Assembly (NCBI GenBank): GCA_016192995.1
Contig: JACPTB010000005.1
Location: 133,503-197,502 of the forward strand
Direction: 5' to 3'
Length of the DNA: 64,000 nucleotides
Source: Candidatus Woesearchaeota archaeon
GTDB lineage: Archaea > Nanobdellota > Nanobdellia > Woesearchaeales > DSVV01
A program made the position numbers and the translations under genes. The notes under the pieces were generated by a model. That model worked only from the letters and a program-made list of their open reading frames with translations, was not told where the DNA came from and did not search any database. Shown one piece after another: positions 61,992 to 64,000 of this stretch; the first letter of the stretch is position 1, and each line of letters begins with the position of its first letter.

Positions 61992-62723
61992 TTAACTGAA
62001 AAAGAGTATTCCGTCATAAATAAATTTAATGCTGACTGCTGCAATTGATAACAAAACTATTATTCTAAATTTATCTTGAGGAATTTTTGCAACAATCTTT
62101 TTACCTATATAAGACCCAATAACGGCGATTACAACGAGGAGAGGAATAATTCCATAAAACTCTGAAGGCAAAAATCCACTGCTTAAATAAACTGGAAGCC
62201 TTGTTGCATCTACTGCAAGCGCAATTGCCGCAGCTGTTGCGATGTATAAAGACTTTTCAAGGTTATATGATGCGAGAAATGCTCCTCGTATTGCCCCTCC
62301 TGTGCCTATAAGTCCTGCAAAGAATCCTGAAAAAGAACCGCCATAAATATTATTGATGACTGTTGGTTTTAATGAAAGCTTTTTTGTTCTGAATGAGATT
62401 ACTACAAAGCAGAGTAGAAATAAACCCAATATCATCTTTAAAATCTGAGGAGAAAAATAATTAACTGAAAAAGCTCCAAGTAAGGTTAGAATTACACTTG
62501 GTATTCCAAACCAGAACAGCAATTTTTTGTCAAGGGCTTTTCTAAAAAAAGTAATTCTTCCCAAATTCCCTGCAATATGAAACACTGCAACAAAGACAAG
62601 CGCTGTTTTGAATTCAAAGAAAAACAATGCAATCGGCAAGAAAATAGTTGATGATCCAAATCCCGCTATAGTTCCAGCAATTCCTGCAAACAATGCCCCT
62701 ATGAATAATAGCATACTTACCAT
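61992..62723 (-). CDS. Sulfite exporter TauE/SafE family protein
   Basis: AGFGS...P and GL.GTGG repeats, about 8 TM segments. Confidence 0.85.
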   Translation of the reverse strand: MVSMLLFIGALFAGIAGTIAGFGSSTIFLPIALFFFEFKTALVFVAVFHIAGNLGRITFFRKALDKKLLFWFGIPSVILTLLGAFSVNYFSPQILKMILGLFLLCFVVISFRTKKLSLKPTVINNIYGGSFSGFFAGLIGTGGAIRGAFLASYNLEKSLYIATAAAIALAVDATRLPVYLSSGFLPSEFYGIIPLLVVIAVIGSYIGKKIVAKIPQDKFRIIVLLSIAAVSIKFIYDGILFFS

Positions 62724-62768
62724 GTCTTATATAATTTCATGTAAGTTTAAAAATATTGTGCATGGTAA

Positions 62769-63362
62769 TTATTCTTTTAAGTAATTAATTATCTGCTGAA
62801 TACTAATTACTCTTAGATCATGTTCTTTTGCAAACTCAAATGTTTGTTCTTGATTCATCATAGTACCATTGTCATTCATTAATTCTGAAATAATTGCAAC
62901 GTCCTTTAATCCTGCTAATCTGCACAACGTAATAGAAGCTTCAGTATGCCCTTGACGTTCAAATAAAGAATCTCTGCTTATTAACGGAAAAATGTGCCCT
63001 GGCCTTGCCAAATTTTGCGCAGTTCCTGAAACAAGCTTTTGGATAGTTATTGTCCGGTCATGGCTTGAAACACCTGTTGTCATTGCTGGATCAAGGGCAT
63101 CAACTGATACGGTAAAGTTAGTGCCATGTTTTTCAGTATTATCCTGCACCATTAAAGGTAATTTTAATTCCTCACCACGTTGTTTAGTTAAGGGAACGGT
63201 TAAAATACCAGAGGTATTTTTAATCATAAATGTTATTTTTTCTTCAGTAACATATTCTGCTGCCAAGATAAGATCAGACTCACACTCTCGAGTTTCATCT
63301 ATAACAATAATCATAGTTCCTTGTTTGAATAAGGTTATTGCTTCTGGAATCGATGAGTACAT
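62769..63362 (-). CDS. ribB: 3,4-dihydroxy-2-butanone-4-phosphate synthase
   Basis: D..RE.E.DL, FTVSVDA, TTGVS..DR, RPGHIFPL, R.GHTEAS. Confidence 0.93.
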   Translation of the reverse strand: MYSSIPEAITLFKQGTMIIVIDETRECESDLILAAEYVTEEKITFMIKNTSGILTVPLTKQRGEELKLPLMVQDNTEKHGTNFTVSVDALDPAMTTGVSSHDRTITIQKLVSGTAQNLARPGHIFPLISRDSLFERQGHTEASITLCRLAGLKDVAIISELMNDNGTMMNQEQTFEFAKEHDLRVISIQQIINYLKE

Positions 63363-63407
63363 AGTATAAATAAGAAATAGTTATCAATTTAAATACTTAC
63401 TTAAACA

Positions 63408-63561
63408 GTACGTAATAAGTCTTCTTTAGTTTTAGCGCCGGTTCAGCTTCAACATATTATTTCGATTGGATTTTTCTCTCTGGCACTCCGAAAAATCCCC
63501 TATATAAAATTAAGAAGAGCTTCACAAAAGCAGGCGCTAAAACCCCAGACTTATTACGTAC
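63408..63561. mobile_element. Palindromic element, copy A6
   Basis: TIR GTACGTAATAAGTC...GACTTATTACGTAC; TSD CTTAAACA/ATTAAACA (7 of 8); core A. Confidence 0.9.
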
Positions 63562-63576
63562 ATTAAACAACTAAAC

Positions 63577-64000
63577 TTAGATATCAACCACAACCTGCAC
63601 CATAACTTTTCTATTCTTCTGGTTGTAGTTTTCATCAATAATCATATCATTATACGTTGCAGCTTTGATATCACCATGCACTTCATAGTTTTTATAGCTG
63701 TCACCATAAACTGTCGTTTGGATAATAAATTCATTTTCTTTTTTCAAAATAATAAAATCATCTATTTCGCAGGGAATAAATCCTTCAGTATCAACAAGAA
63801 ATAATAATTCATCAATAAAATCATACAATAATGCCTCTTTTGATGAAGCTTCAACTTTAATGTTGTGGCTAATCTTTGGTTTTATTTTTTTAACATTGGT
63901 TAACAAATTAAACATTCCTACACCTGCGCTAATAAACGCTTGCTCAAGTGTCTGCCCATATGCCTGGAATTTAGCATCTGCAGTGTGTTCAAGGAATTTT
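63577..64000 (-). CDS. Archease (5' end beyond the window)
   Basis: KFLEHTAD upstream in frame, LLYDF.DELL, IKAATY, VVVDI C-terminus. Confidence 0.9.
   Translation of the reverse strand, partial: KFLEHTADAKFQAYGQTLEQAFISAGVGMFNLLTNVKKIKPKISHNIKVEASSKEALLYDFIDELLFLVDTEGFIPCEIDDFIILKKENEFIIQTTVYGDSYKNYEVHGDIKAATYNDMIIDENYNQKNRKVMVQVVVDI

Noticed and set aside
63408-63561. FMN riboswitch upstream of ribB or ribC
   Set aside because: No RFN consensus is visible and near-identical copies lie next to unrelated genes

Overview
AT-rich chromosomal segment from a DPANN archaeon, most likely Woesearchaeota (inference). Archaeal markers are Rpo11/RpoL, TFS, NMD3, archease, archaeal riboflavin synthase, CTP-dependent RibK and two intron-containing tRNAs. 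Bacterial-type genes include gyrB with a mini-intein, pta, folC and a sigma54-activator-like AAA+ protein. The window holds housekeeping genes, about 7 toxin-antitoxin modules or fragments, a small amino-sugar cluster, three tandem phosphohistidine-swivel-domain proteins plus a decayed fourth, and several degenerate enzymes or pseudogenes. The most striking unexplained structure is a dispersed family of 13 non-coding palindromic elements, mostly 150-240 bp (one truncated). Several carry 8-9 bp target-site duplications. Three kinds of terminal inverted repeat are combined with two internal cores. Stems show compensatory changes, two fixed-length variable arms are present, and three copies contain nested double-hairpin insertions. 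No transposase lies in the window. All product calls come from motifs read by eye; no database searches were run.
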